Shown one piece after another: positions 16,829 to 25,640 of a DNA stretch of 64,000 nucleotides. Within the stretch, counting starts at the first letter, position 1. Every line of letters begins with the position of its first letter. A program made the position numbers and the translations under genes. The stretch is from Ilumatobacteraceae bacterium (lineage in GTDB: Bacteria > Actinomycetota > Acidimicrobiia > Acidimicrobiales > Ilumatobacteraceae), in contig CBDDIP010000002.1 of assembly GCA_965229005.1 (NCBI GenBank), positions 1,014,125-1,078,124 of the forward strand, in the 5' to 3' direction. The notes below the pieces were generated by a model that worked only from the letters and a program-made list of their open reading frames with translations, was not told where the DNA came from and made no database searches.

Positions 16829-17697
16829 TGCGTCTGTCGCTCCTGGCGCCGCTTGCCGCGGCGCTCCTGTTGGCATGCTCGGTGACCGCAGTGCATCGTC
16901 GACTACGTCCTGTCGTCGCAGCTCAGGTGACGATGGCGACGATCGCTGTCGTGGTGGTCGCTGCCGTGCCGACGCTGTGGCTGATCAGCATAGGGTTCAT
17001 CGCACACACGCCGTTGCTGGGTCGCGGTCTTCGGTGGTGCGCGGAGACCTTCGGCGTGCATCGTCGCGTTCCGACGTGGGCCGGACTTTCTGCGTGCGCG
17101 TTGTCGGCAGTCGGAGTTGCCCGAGGAGCGCGGGCGTTGCGTCTACATCGCCGCCTCCGCGGCGGCAGCGGCACGATCGAGGTTGCCGAACACGCCACTC
17201 CGTTCGCCTACACGATGCCCGGCGCCACCGGCGACATCGTCATCTCGACCGGACTCCTCGCGATTCTCGAGCCAGACGAACAGGCTGTCGTCATCGCCCA
17301 CGAACGTGCCCATGCCCTGCACCGTCACGACCGGTTCCTCCTGGCGAGTCGAATGGCGGAGCTCCTCGTGCCGTTCTTGCGACCCCTGTGTCGTCGGCTG
17401 ACCTTCTCGCTCGAGCGGTGGGCGGATGAAGCGGCAGCCGCAGAGTGCGGTGACCGGCATCTGGTCGCCCGCACGCTCGGCAAGGTAGCGCTCACGCGGG
17501 CTGCACCCACCTCCGCGATGGCTTTCGCCGGCCTCGGCGTTGCGGGACGCGTCGACGCACTACTCGCCGTCTCGCCGCAACGCTCGCGCCCCCTGCTTGT
17601 CGCGATGCTCGCTGTCGGCTCGATCGCCGTCGCTGGCTTCGGCGTGATCCAGCTGCACCACCTTGCGTCGATCATCGTGACGCTCTGCCCAGACTGA
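16828..17697 (+). CDS. M56 family (BlaR1/MecR1-like) membrane zinc metallopeptidase without an extracellular sensor domain
   Basis: Four TM helices, HEXXH (VVIAHERAHALHRHD); 289 aa, no penicillin-binding sensor domain. ATG at 16828 overlaps the repressor stop (TGATG). Confidence 0.8.
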   Translation: MRLSLLAPLAAALLLACSVTAVHRRLRPVVAAQVTMATIAVVVVAAVPTLWLISIGFIAHTPLLGRGLRWCAETFGVHRRVPTWAGLSACALSAVGVARGARALRLHRRLRGGSGTIEVAEHATPFAYTMPGATGDIVISTGLLAILEPDEQAVVIAHERAHALHRHDRFLLASRMAELLVPFLRPLCRRLTFSLERWADEAAAAECGDRHLVARTLGKVALTRAAPTSAMAFAGLGVAGRVDALLAVSPQRSRPLLVAMLAVGSIAVAGFGVIQLHHLASIIVTLCPD

Positions 17698-17702
17698 ACT
17701 CT

Positions 17703-17716
17703 TACACTTTGTAGTA
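17703..17716. promoter_or_regulatory. BlaI/CopY-type operator-like site C TACA-ctt-TGTAGTA, 11 bp upstream of the TlpA-like gene
   Basis: Seen directly (cttTACActtTGTAGTAatc); shares the TGTAGTAAT right flank with sites D and E. Confidence 0.45.
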
Positions 17717-17726
17717 ATCTGCAGGG

Positions 17727-18284
17727 GTGGATGGAACCGAAGGGCTCGTTCGTCGGCTGCGAACGCTGAGTGGTCGCAAGGCCGTCGTGTCGCTGGTAGT
17801 GCTAATCGCCATCGTGTTCTCGATCACTCGCCACTCATCGACGACGTCGTTTGTCGCCAAGGGCACACCGATCCCAATCCTCCCAGAAGGCGATCTGCGG
17901 CCAGTCTCGGAAATGGAGTTCGAGGGGATCCTGGTCGGGCTGCGAGGCAAGCCCGTGATCGTCAACGTTTGGGCCTCGTGGTGCTCACCCTGTCGAACCG
18001 AGACCCCGCTCCTCGAGCGCGCGTGGAGACAACACAACGAGAGCGTCGTCATCCTTGGCGTCGCATCAAGAGATGTTCGCCCGAGCGCGGCGGCATTCCT
18101 GGAGGAGTTCGGCGTGACCTACCCAACGCTCTTCGACGACAGCGGAGCCATCCGCTCGGCCCTCGGCGTTCGCGGCTTCCCGACGACCTACATTTTCAAC
18201 GCCAACGGGGAGTTGCAGTCGACGATCGTCGGCGGGCTCACTGAACAGCGTCTCGCCGCCGTGCTCAAGGATCTCCAGGCATGA
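17727..18284 (+). CDS. TlpA/ResA-like membrane-anchored thiol:disulfide oxidoreductase (thioredoxin fold)
   Basis: Signal-anchor TM then thioredoxin domain with WCSPC active site (VIVNVWASWCSPCRTETP). Confidence 0.8.
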   Translation: MDGTEGLVRRLRTLSGRKAVVSLVVLIAIVFSITRHSSTTSFVAKGTPIPILPEGDLRPVSEMEFEGILVGLRGKPVIVNVWASWCSPCRTETPLLERAWRQHNESVVILGVASRDVRPSAAAFLEEFGVTYPTLFDDSGAIRSALGVRGFPTTYIFNANGELQSTIVGGLTEQRLAAVLKDLQA

Positions 18285-18991
18285 TCGACACTGGTCTGCT
18301 TGTGTCGCTCGTGCTGGTCGTAGTAGTTCCTACGGCGTTCGTCCCTCGGAGAAGGTCTGCGGCCATCGCGAACGGAGTTGTCGATGTCGCGATTGGGGCT
18401 GCGATCTTCGGTCTGCTCGTCGGACGTGCGGGGGCACTGGTCATCGATGACCCCGGCTCGCTCCGACACCTGTCGGACTTCGTGGTGATTCGAAGTGGCG
18501 TCGAATTCTGGCCGGGGCTCGTCGCCGGGGTGGCCTGGTTGTGGTTCGGGGCCCGGCGTGACGGCGTTCGCCTGATCGATCGTCTCGCTGCGCTGACCCC
18601 GGCGATGGTGATGGCCTGGGCGGTGTACGAGGGAACCTGCGTCATTCGCGACGGCTGTGCCGGCCCGGTCACGGCGTTCGGGCTCACCCCAAGCGGACTC
18701 AGCCATTCACAGTTCCCTGTCGGGTTGGCTGTCGCGGCCGGCGGCTTGCTGCTCACGAGCATCGTCGGCTGGCTCGCCGCCCGCCGAGCCGATTCGACAA
18801 CGGTCGCACTCGCCGGACTCATCGGCGTTGCGGGGATCAAATCAATCGCTTCATTCTGGCTTCCTCACCTCGGCTCCGCGCTAACGCGTCAGCATCGCGA
18901 GTCGCTTGTTGTCTTCGCCGTCGCCACCATTGGACTGCTCGCGACCGCCAGGGCACGAGGGACATCGGACCTTGCGGCGGACGTTGTGTGA
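18281..18991 (+). CDS. hypothetical polytopic membrane protein with CX4C motif
   Basis: 6-7 predicted TM helices; CVIRDGC in a loop; both ends ATGA-coupled to the flanking tlpA-like and ccdA genes. Confidence 0.5.
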   Translation: MIDTGLLVSLVLVVVVPTAFVPRRRSAAIANGVVDVAIGAAIFGLLVGRAGALVIDDPGSLRHLSDFVVIRSGVEFWPGLVAGVAWLWFGARRDGVRLIDRLAALTPAMVMAWAVYEGTCVIRDGCAGPVTAFGLTPSGLSHSQFPVGLAVAAGGLLLTSIVGWLAARRADSTTVALAGLIGVAGIKSIASFWLPHLGSALTRQHRESLVVFAVATIGLLATARARGTSDLAADVV

Positions 18992-19704
18992 ACGGCTTCA
19001 CCATGCCTGCGATGGCGGTGCTCGCCGGAGTCGTTTCGGCGACGTCGCCCTGCGTGCTCCCGGTCATTCCGGGCTTCCTCGCCGCTGTTGCGTCGCCCGC
19101 TCGCGCCGACGAGCGCCGACCAGCCGTCGCCGGTGCCTTGGCCTTCGCCGCTGGCTTCGCCGCGGTATTCGTGGCTCTGGGCGCCGCTGCGTCCGCGATC
19201 GGGTCCATCCTCTACGACCACCTCACGCTCATGCTTCAGGTTGCTGGAGCACTGCTCGTGCTCCTCGGCCTGCAGATGTTGGGAGTCGTGAGATGGCGTT
19301 TGTTGACGACAGAGCATCGTGCGATTGCGTTGGAACGCGTGGCGGGCGGACCGCGCCGGGCGATCCTGCTCGGTGCGGTCTTCGCTGCAGGATGGACTCC
19401 GTGTGTCGGACCTGTTCTTGCCGTGATCCTCACGAAGGCTGCAGCAGATGCGTCGCTGACTCAGGGAGTGCTGCTCCTCGCGGCGTACTCGGCTGGACTG
19501 GGCGCGCCTTTTCTGCTTGCCGCCGTCTGGTTTGATCGCTCAGCTCGAGCCCGTCACTGGATCAGCCGCCACGCACGGTCGATGCAGTCGGTCACCGGTG
19601 CGGTGATGGTGGCGAGTGGGGTGTTGTACGCGTCGGGTGCTTGGTCGGCGGTCTTCGTACGGATACAGGCATGGCTTGCGAGAGCCGGTTGGCCACCTGT
19701 CTAG
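18988..19704 (+). CDS. ccdA: cytochrome c-type biogenesis / disulfide-reductant transporter CcdA (DsbD core)
   Basis: Two conserved Cys in TM1/TM4 (SPCVLP, TPCVGP); 6-TM DsbD_2 architecture. Confidence 0.8.
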   Translation: MNGFTMPAMAVLAGVVSATSPCVLPVIPGFLAAVASPARADERRPAVAGALAFAAGFAAVFVALGAAASAIGSILYDHLTLMLQVAGALLVLLGLQMLGVVRWRLLTTEHRAIALERVAGGPRRAILLGAVFAAGWTPCVGPVLAVILTKAAADASLTQGVLLLAAYSAGLGAPFLLAAVWFDRSARARHWISRHARSMQSVTGAVMVASGVLYASGAWSAVFVRIQAWLARAGWPPV

Positions 19705-19720
19705 TTGCGGTCGGACTTAG

Positions 19721-19737
19721 TACTACATAGTGTAGTA
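19721..19737. promoter_or_regulatory. BlaI-type operator-like site D, perfect palindrome TACTACA-tag-TGTAGTA ending 3 bp before the multicopper-oxidase start
   Basis: Seen directly. Fits the 6-N5-6 form TAC(G/T)AC-N5-GT(A/C)GTA reported for mycobacterial BlaI and contains the TACA…TGTA core of cop/bla boxes. Confidence 0.55.
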
Positions 19738-19739
19738 AT

Positions 19740-21215
19740 ATGGTTGAACGACACACCCGGCGGTGGCTCCTTCAGTTCGGAGCAGCCGCTCTTGCGGCTG
19801 GCTGCAGCGCCACCCGCCGCCGATCGAGCGAGGCCACCAGCACGTTGCCGTCCCTGCGTGATCCACTCCCGGGGCGCGCAGCGGACGTCTCCGCTCGGCT
19901 CCGTGCGCAGCCGTTCGAACTCGACCTCGCAGGCACGATCCACCGGACAACCGCATACAACGATTCCGTGCCCGGGCCTCTGCTGCGCGCAAGAGCGGGT
20001 GAGCTCATCGAGGTCACGTTGGACAACGGCATGGCCGAGCCGACCTCGATCCACTGGCACGGACTCGCCGTCCCGAATCCCGTCGACGGTGTCCCGGACG
20101 TCACGCAGCCCGCCGTCGGCGTCGGCACATCGTTCGTCTATCGGTTCGTCGCTCCGGACCCGGGCACCTACTGGTTTCATCCGCACCACGGCTTGCAACT
20201 CGACCGAGGGCTCTACGCGCCGCTCATCGTCGACGATCCGGCAGAACCGTTGCACTACGACACCGAGCAACTGATCGTCATCGACGACTGGCTTGACGGT
20301 GGAACGAGCACACCGGAAGCGGAACTGCGACGCCTCAAAGAAGGCGGCGCTGCGATGGAAGAGATGGGAGCGATGAGCACGTCGCCTCTGCTCGGTGGGG
20401 ACGCCGGCGACGTCGTCTACCCATATCACCTCATCAACGGCCGGCCGCTGGCAGACCCGCTCACCCTCGAACCTCGCCCCGACCAAGGTGATCGTGTTCG
20501 GCTGCGGATCATCAACGCAGCAAGCGATACCGCATACAGGTTCGCTATCGGTGGGCACCGGCTGACGGTCACGCACGCGGACGGCTTTCCCGTCATCCCC
20601 GTCGAAGTCGATGCGCTCATCCTCGGCATGGGCGAGCGATACGACGTCGTGTACGAAGCGCTCAGCGGTGCCTGGCCGGTCATTGCAGTTGCCGAAGGTA
20701 AGGGTGCCCATGCCGGAGCGATCCTCCGAACGGTAGATGCCGCGACATCGGAGCCCCCGACCTTGTCCGCCGGCGCCGCCAACCTCGAGGGCGAGTGTCT
20801 CCGCTACAGCTTGCTACAGGCTGTTGAGTCCGTCACGCTCCGACCGCCGGACGAGCACCGCACGATCGCAGTCGAGCTGACCGGAGGGATGTCGGCGTTC
20901 GACTGGGGTATCAACGGTCGGCGGTACGGCGTCGACGACGAGGTGATCGATCTCGTCGACGGGGAGTGGGTCACGTTCAACATCACGAACACGACTGACA
21001 TGTGGCACCCGATGCACCTCCATGGTCACACCCCGCAACTCGACGCGTCGCGTGGCGGCCCTCGCAAAGACACCGTCAACGTTCTGCCGGGCTCGTCCAT
21101 CTCCTGGACGATGCGTGCCAACAACCCTGGGACGTGGATGTTGCACTGCCACAACGCCTATCACCTCGAAGGTGGCATGGCGACCTTGATCACGTACGCG
21201 CCCAATGACGATTGA
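19740..21215 (+). CDS. TAT-exported multicopper oxidase (CueO/MmcO-like)
   Basis: Twin-arginine signal ([24 protein letters not shown]); four copper-binding motifs (TSIHWHGL, WFHPHHG, HPMHLHGH, MLHCHNAYHLEGGM). Confidence 0.9.
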   Translation: MVERHTRRWLLQFGAAALAAGCSATRRRSSEATSTLPSLRDPLPGRAADVSARLRAQPFELDLAGTIHRTTAYNDSVPGPLLRARAGELIEVTLDNGMAEPTSIHWHGLAVPNPVDGVPDVTQPAVGVGTSFVYRFVAPDPGTYWFHPHHGLQLDRGLYAPLIVDDPAEPLHYDTEQLIVIDDWLDGGTSTPEAELRRLKEGGAAMEEMGAMSTSPLLGGDAGDVVYPYHLINGRPLADPLTLEPRPDQGDRVRLRIINAASDTAYRFAIGGHRLTVTHADGFPVIPVEVDALILGMGERYDVVYEALSGAWPVIAVAEGKGAHAGAILRTVDAATSEPPTLSAGAANLEGECLRYSLLQAVESVTLRPPDEHRTIAVELTGGMSAFDWGINGRRYGVDDEVIDLVDGEWVTFNITNTTDMWHPMHLHGHTPQLDASRGGPRKDTVNVLPGSSISWTMRANNPGTWMLHCHNAYHLEGGMATLITYAPNDD

Positions 21216-21224
21216 GAGATCACA

Positions 21225-21605
21225 ATGCCCCCGAACAAACGACGCACCGCGCCTGGCAGGATCCACCAAGGACGGGTGACGCGTTCGGCTGGAGAACCGG
21301 ACGGCGTGCGCCGTCAACCGGATGCGACGGCTGCGAGTCAGCGCCGCCGTCCTCCCGAGACGGTGGAGCCGAACCCTCGCTACACACCGAAGCGCAAATA
21401 TGTGCGACTTCGCCCGACATGGCACAAGGTGACCGGCTACGTGATGGTCGCGGTGGCGCTGACAACGTTCGTGTTCAACCAGATCATGCTGCTGAGCCCG
21501 TCCGCTCCTTTGCTGCCAGGTGGCCACAACCCTGCCTACATGCTCCTAGGCCTCGCGCTCGCGACGTGGTCGACCTGGTGGCTCGGGTGGTTCGACCGTG
21601 AATGA
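21225..21605 (+). CDS. small membrane protein with basic N-terminus and two TM helices (CrgA-like architecture)
   Basis: GAGAG RBS then ATG; …PKRKYVRLRPTWHKVTGYVMVAVALTTFVF… and a second TM; architecture like CrgA-type septation proteins, but the family call is tentative. Confidence 0.4.
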   Translation: MPPNKRRTAPGRIHQGRVTRSAGEPDGVRRQPDATAASQRRRPPETVEPNPRYTPKRKYVRLRPTWHKVTGYVMVAVALTTFVFNQIMLLSPSAPLLPGGHNPAYMLLGLALATWSTWWLGWFDRE

Positions 21606-21615
21606 TGACGACCCT

Positions 21616-22563
21616 TCATTGGCCGGGAAGATCGTTGCCGGAGCGGTATTGCTCATCAGTGTGCTCACCGTTCTCTACTTCTCGCTCGGAATGCCCGGGA
21701 TGGACCACGCCCCCTAACCTCGCTTCTGAGTGAGTGGTCTCGAGTACCTCAAAGCGGCTTTTTCGACCCAGACCTGCATCGACGGTCAAGTAGGCGGAGG
21801 ACGCAACGACGACGCCGATCGAGACCCATTGGTTGAGACGCAGACCACCGAACGCGTGGGCTCGATCGACCCGCAAACCTTCGACCCAGAAGCGACCGCT
21901 GAAGTAGCCGAACAAGTAGAACGCGAACAACCGGCCGGGCCGAAGCGTCGCGACCTTGTCGATCCAGAGCAAGACCAAGCAGAGCGTCAGCGTCCACAGC
22001 GACTCGTACAAGAACGTCGGATGAAAGGTCGTGCCCGGCGCGAACCCCGCTGGAACCTTGTCGGCCGACACGCGAAGCGCCCACGGAAGCGAGGTTGGCT
22101 GGCCGAAGAGCTCCTGGTTCCACCAGTTCCCCCAGCGCCCAATCGATTGAGCCAGTGGAATGGCAGGCGCCGACGCGGTCAGAACTGTCGGTACGGCGAC
22201 ACCCCTCCGACGTGCCGCGACCAGGCCACCGATCAATCCCCCAAACAAACCACCAGGGATGCCGAGCCCTCCCTTCCAGACCATCGGCACGCGCTCCCAG
22301 TGGCCTCGAAAGAGATCGACGTCAGTCACGACGTGGTAAAGGCGAGCACCCACGACGCCCGCAACCACACCCCAGATGGCGATCGAGGACATGTCGTCCC
22401 TCGTGCCACCTTTGACTCGATCGAGACGGCGCGCCGCCAACGTCACAGCGGCGACGATCCCAAGGGCGATCATCATCCCGTATGCGTTCAGACGGAGCGG
22501 GCCAAGCGAGATCGTCGAGCCCGGCGGGCTGGGCATTGTTGAAATCACGATGAGCGCCGTCAC
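21616..22563 (-). CDS. lgt: prolipoprotein diacylglyceryl transferase
   Basis: Lgt signature …SIGRWGNWWNQELFG… and conserved 7-TM layout. Confidence 0.9.
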   Translation of the reverse strand: MTALIVISTMPSPPGSTISLGPLRLNAYGMMIALGIVAAVTLAARRLDRVKGGTRDDMSSIAIWGVVAGVVGARLYHVVTDVDLFRGHWERVPMVWKGGLGIPGGLFGGLIGGLVAARRRGVAVPTVLTASAPAIPLAQSIGRWGNWWNQELFGQPTSLPWALRVSADKVPAGFAPGTTFHPTFLYESLWTLTLCLVLLWIDKVATLRPGRLFAFYLFGYFSGRFWVEGLRVDRAHAFGGLRLNQWVSIGVVVASSAYLTVDAGLGRKSRFEVLETTHSEARLGGVVHPGHSEREVENGEHTDEQYRSGNDLPGQ

Positions 22564-22573
22564 GGGACAAAAC

Positions 22574-22590
22574 TACTACATGGTTTAGTA
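22574..22590. promoter_or_regulatory. BlaI-type operator-like site E TACTACA-tgg-TTTAGTA (one mismatch to site D) between divergent lgt and the alpha/beta-hydrolase gene
   Basis: Seen directly (aacTACTACAtggTTTAGTAatag); flanks near-identical to site D. Confidence 0.4.
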
Positions 22591-22606
22591 ATAGATCATC
22601 TTCGAC

Positions 22607-23572
22607 GTGGCGATGCCCGAGAACGCCCTAGCGTCACCCGAGATGCCGAGCCCCGACACCGACCCGCAACGCTTCGCCGTGCACCACGCCAGCCCACGCG
22701 GGTTTCGCCAGGCGTACGTGCACGCGGGCGTGGGCGGCGTGCCGCTGCTGTGCGTTCACGGTTGGCCGGAGTCCAAGCGCATCTTCTGGCGGGTCATCGA
22801 GCCGCTCGTGTCGGCCGGCTTCGAGGTGATCGTCCCCGACCTGCGCGGCTTCGGCGACAGCGAGCTCGGACCGGACGGCTTCCACGACGTCGTCAGCCAC
22901 GTGCACGATCTGCATGCGCTGGTGCGCGACCACCTCGGCCACGAGCGCGTCGTGCTCGTCGGTGGCGACCTCGGTGGTCCGGTCGTGCAGGACCTTGCGC
23001 TGCGTCATCCCGACTGGGTCGACCGGATGGTGCTGTTCAACTCGCCGCTGCCGTACCTCAAGGACCGCATGGCCGCCATCCCCGGCACGCGCCCTGCGCG
23101 CGAGGCCGCCGACTACTTCCTGCGCCAGGGCCTCGACCCCGACGGTCTCGCCGCCGAGCTGACCACGCCCGAGCAACGCCGGCGCTACATCGCCACCTTC
23201 TACACGAGCCGCTTCTGGGGACACCCCGGCGCGTTCGACGACGAGGCCGTCGCCTTTCACACCGAACCGTTCGGTGACGCCGCTCACCTCCGCGCCAGCT
23301 TCGGTGGCTACGAGAGCTCGTTCGACGAGGCCAAGCGCAGCGGGCCCGGCATCCTGGCCCGCAACGAGCGGACGCCGACGCTGATCCTCCACGGCACGAG
23401 CGACCACGTCATCTACCCGGCCTTCGACCGCATGGCTGCCGAGGTCTTCGCCCGCCACGTCGGTCCGTTCCTGCTCCGCGATTGCGGGCACTTCGTCCCG
23501 TGGGAGGCACCGCATGCACTGGTCAGCGGAACGGCTGCCTTCTGCAGCGATCTCCTCGCCGGCCGCCGTTAG
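22607..23572 (+). CDS. alpha/beta-hydrolase fold enzyme, epoxide hydrolase / haloalkane dehalogenase-like
   Basis: HGWPES oxyanion-hole motif; Asp nucleophile elbow (GGDLGGPV); typical about 320 aa. Confidence 0.75.
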   Translation: MAMPENALASPEMPSPDTDPQRFAVHHASPRGFRQAYVHAGVGGVPLLCVHGWPESKRIFWRVIEPLVSAGFEVIVPDLRGFGDSELGPDGFHDVVSHVHDLHALVRDHLGHERVVLVGGDLGGPVVQDLALRHPDWVDRMVLFNSPLPYLKDRMAAIPGTRPAREAADYFLRQGLDPDGLAAELTTPEQRRRYIATFYTSRFWGHPGAFDDEAVAFHTEPFGDAAHLRASFGGYESSFDEAKRSGPGILARNERTPTLILHGTSDHVIYPAFDRMAAEVFARHVGPFLLRDCGHFVPWEAPHALVSGTAAFCSDLLAGRR

Positions 23573-23886
23573 AACGTCGTCGTCGTCGGGTGCTCGATGG
23601 CCTCGCGGTCACGGGACTTCACCGACCGGGTGATCCGCCAGCCGATCACGGTCAACCCGCCGGCCAGCGCCAACATGACGAGGTAGAAGTGGTACCCGCC
23701 CTTGTTCGAGCTGCCGCAGCCGGCGCGCTCGAGGGTGCCGACGCAATCGGACAGGTTCTGATCCTTGGGGATGAAGTCGTTGCTCACCGGGGGAGCGGGC
23801 TCCGACGGCGGGGTTGCCAGTGCCGCGCCCGGCACGGCAAACACGAGCAGCACCGCGAGCAGGGCACTGCGAAGGGTTCGTGACAC
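23569..23886 (-). CDS. small secreted/membrane-anchored hypothetical protein
   Basis: Signal peptide ([24 protein letters not shown]), C-terminal TM segment; 4-bp overlap with the hydrolase stop. Confidence 0.35.
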   Translation of the reverse strand: MSRTLRSALLAVLLVFAVPGAALATPPSEPAPPVSNDFIPKDQNLSDCVGTLERAGCGSSNKGGYHFYLVMLALAGGLTVIGWRITRSVKSRDREAIEHPTTTTF

Positions 23887-23958
23887 CCCGCCATCGTCGC
23901 ACCCGTTGCGCCCGTCACAAAGTCGGGCAACTCATCGGTGCTCGCGTACCATCGCCCA

Positions 23959-25512
23959 ATGCCGCAACGTTCGCAGACCGTGCTGGTGGTGGACTTCGGA
24001 GCGCAGTACGCGCAGCTGATCGCCCGCCGCGTGCGCGAGCTGTCCGTCTACTCCGAGATCGTGCCCCACCGCATCACCGCCGCCGAGGTGGCCGCCGATC
24101 CGCCGGCCGCGATCATCCTGTCCGGCGGTCCGAAGAGCGTGCACGTCGATGGCGCCCCGGCGCTCGATCCGGCGATCTACGACCTCGGCATCCCGATCCT
24201 CGGCATCTGCTACGGCGTGCAGCTGATCGCCCAGCAGCTCGGCGGCGAGGTCGGCCGCGGCATGCGCGGCGAGTACGGCCGCACCAAGGTCACCCGCATC
24301 GCCGGCTCCACATCCACCCTCCTGCACGACGGCATCCCTGCCGAGCAGGACGTGTGGATGAGCCACTTCGACGCGGTCACCCGCGTGCCGGAGGGGTTCA
24401 CCGCCACCGCCACGACTGCCGACGCTCCGGTGGCCGCGCTGGAGGACTTCGATCGCAAGATCTGGGGCGTGCAGTACCACCCGGAGGTCGTGCACACGCC
24501 GTTCGGGATGGCCGTGCTCGAGCAGTTCCTGTGGCGCCTCGCCAAGATCGAGCCGAGCTGGACCATGGGCTCGATCATCGAGCGCGAGGTCGACAAGGTG
24601 CGCGCCACCGTCGGCGGCAGCCGCGTGATCTGCGCGCTCAGCGGCGGCGTCGATTCGGCGGTGGCCGCCGCGCTCGTGCACCGCGCCATCGGCTCCCAGC
24701 TGACGTGCATCTACGTCGACACCGGACTGATGCGCCAGGGTGAGAGCGAGCAGGTCGTCGAGACGTTCCGCCGCAACCTCGGCCTGGAGCTCATCCACGT
24801 CAGCGCCGGGCCGCGCTACTTCGAGCGGCTCGCCGGGGTGACGGAGCCGGAGGACAAGCGCAAGATCATCGGCGAGCTGTTCGTGCGCATCTTCGAGGAG
24901 CACACGGGTGGCCTCAGCGACGCCGAGTTCCTCGTGCAGGGCACGCTCTACCCCGATGTCATCGAGAGCGGTGGCAGCGACGGCACGGCTGCCGTCATCA
25001 AGAGCCACCACAACGTCGGCGGTCTGCCGGAAGACATGACGCTCAAGCTCGTCGAGCCGTTGCGCAGCCTCTTCAAGGACGAGGTGCGCAAGCTCGGCCA
25101 CGAGCTCGGCCTGCCCGACGAGATCGTGTTGCGCCAGCCGTTCCCCGGTCCGGGCCTCGGTGTGCGGATCATCGGCGAGGTCACGCCCGAGCGCGTTGCC
25201 GTCCTCCAGCACGCCGACGCGATCGTGCGCGAGGAGATCGCCAAGGCCGGGCTCGAGCGTGAGCTGTGGCAGTCGTTCGCCGTCCTGGCCGACATCCGCT
25301 CGGTGGGCGTGATGGGCGACGAGCGCACGTACGAGAACCCGATCATCATCCGCGCCGTCACGAGCGACGACGCGATGACCGCCGATTGGGCGCGACTTCC
25401 GTACGACTTGTTGGAGACGATGTCGAGCCGGATCATCAACGAGGTCCGCGGCATCAACCGAGTCGTCTACGACATCACCTCCAAGCCCCCGGGCACCATC
25501 GAATGGGAGTGA
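23959..25512 (+). CDS. guaA: GMP synthase (glutamine-hydrolysing)
   Basis: GATase-1 domain (…GICYGVQL…) plus ATP-PPase SGGVDS motif and a conserved GMP synthase C-terminus; ATG at 23959 ([14 protein letters not shown]) preferred over GTG 23938. Confidence 0.95.
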   Translation: MPQRSQTVLVVDFGAQYAQLIARRVRELSVYSEIVPHRITAAEVAADPPAAIILSGGPKSVHVDGAPALDPAIYDLGIPILGICYGVQLIAQQLGGEVGRGMRGEYGRTKVTRIAGSTSTLLHDGIPAEQDVWMSHFDAVTRVPEGFTATATTADAPVAALEDFDRKIWGVQYHPEVVHTPFGMAVLEQFLWRLAKIEPSWTMGSIIEREVDKVRATVGGSRVICALSGGVDSAVAAALVHRAIGSQLTCIYVDTGLMRQGESEQVVETFRRNLGLELIHVSAGPRYFERLAGVTEPEDKRKIIGELFVRIFEEHTGGLSDAEFLVQGTLYPDVIESGGSDGTAAVIKSHHNVGGLPEDMTLKLVEPLRSLFKDEVRKLGHELGLPDEIVLRQPFPGPGLGVRIIGEVTPERVAVLQHADAIVREEIAKAGLERELWQSFAVLADIRSVGVMGDERTYENPIIIRAVTSDDAMTADWARLPYDLLETMSSRIINEVRGINRVVYDITSKPPGTIEWE

Positions 25513-25640
25513 CCCGGAACCTGTTGACGTCCGCTCACGCGCGCGAGCGCTCGACGAACTCCTGGCCCACCGCCTCGCGCGTGTGACGGCGGGCGCCTGG
25601 TTCGCAACAGGTTCGTAACATTGGTAACCTCTCGTCCGTC

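Noticed and set aside
21225-21605. Firm identification as CrgA
   Set aside because: Only architectural similarity (basic N-terminus + 2 TM); genomic context is not the oriC-proximal crgA neighbourhood, so kept as tentative.
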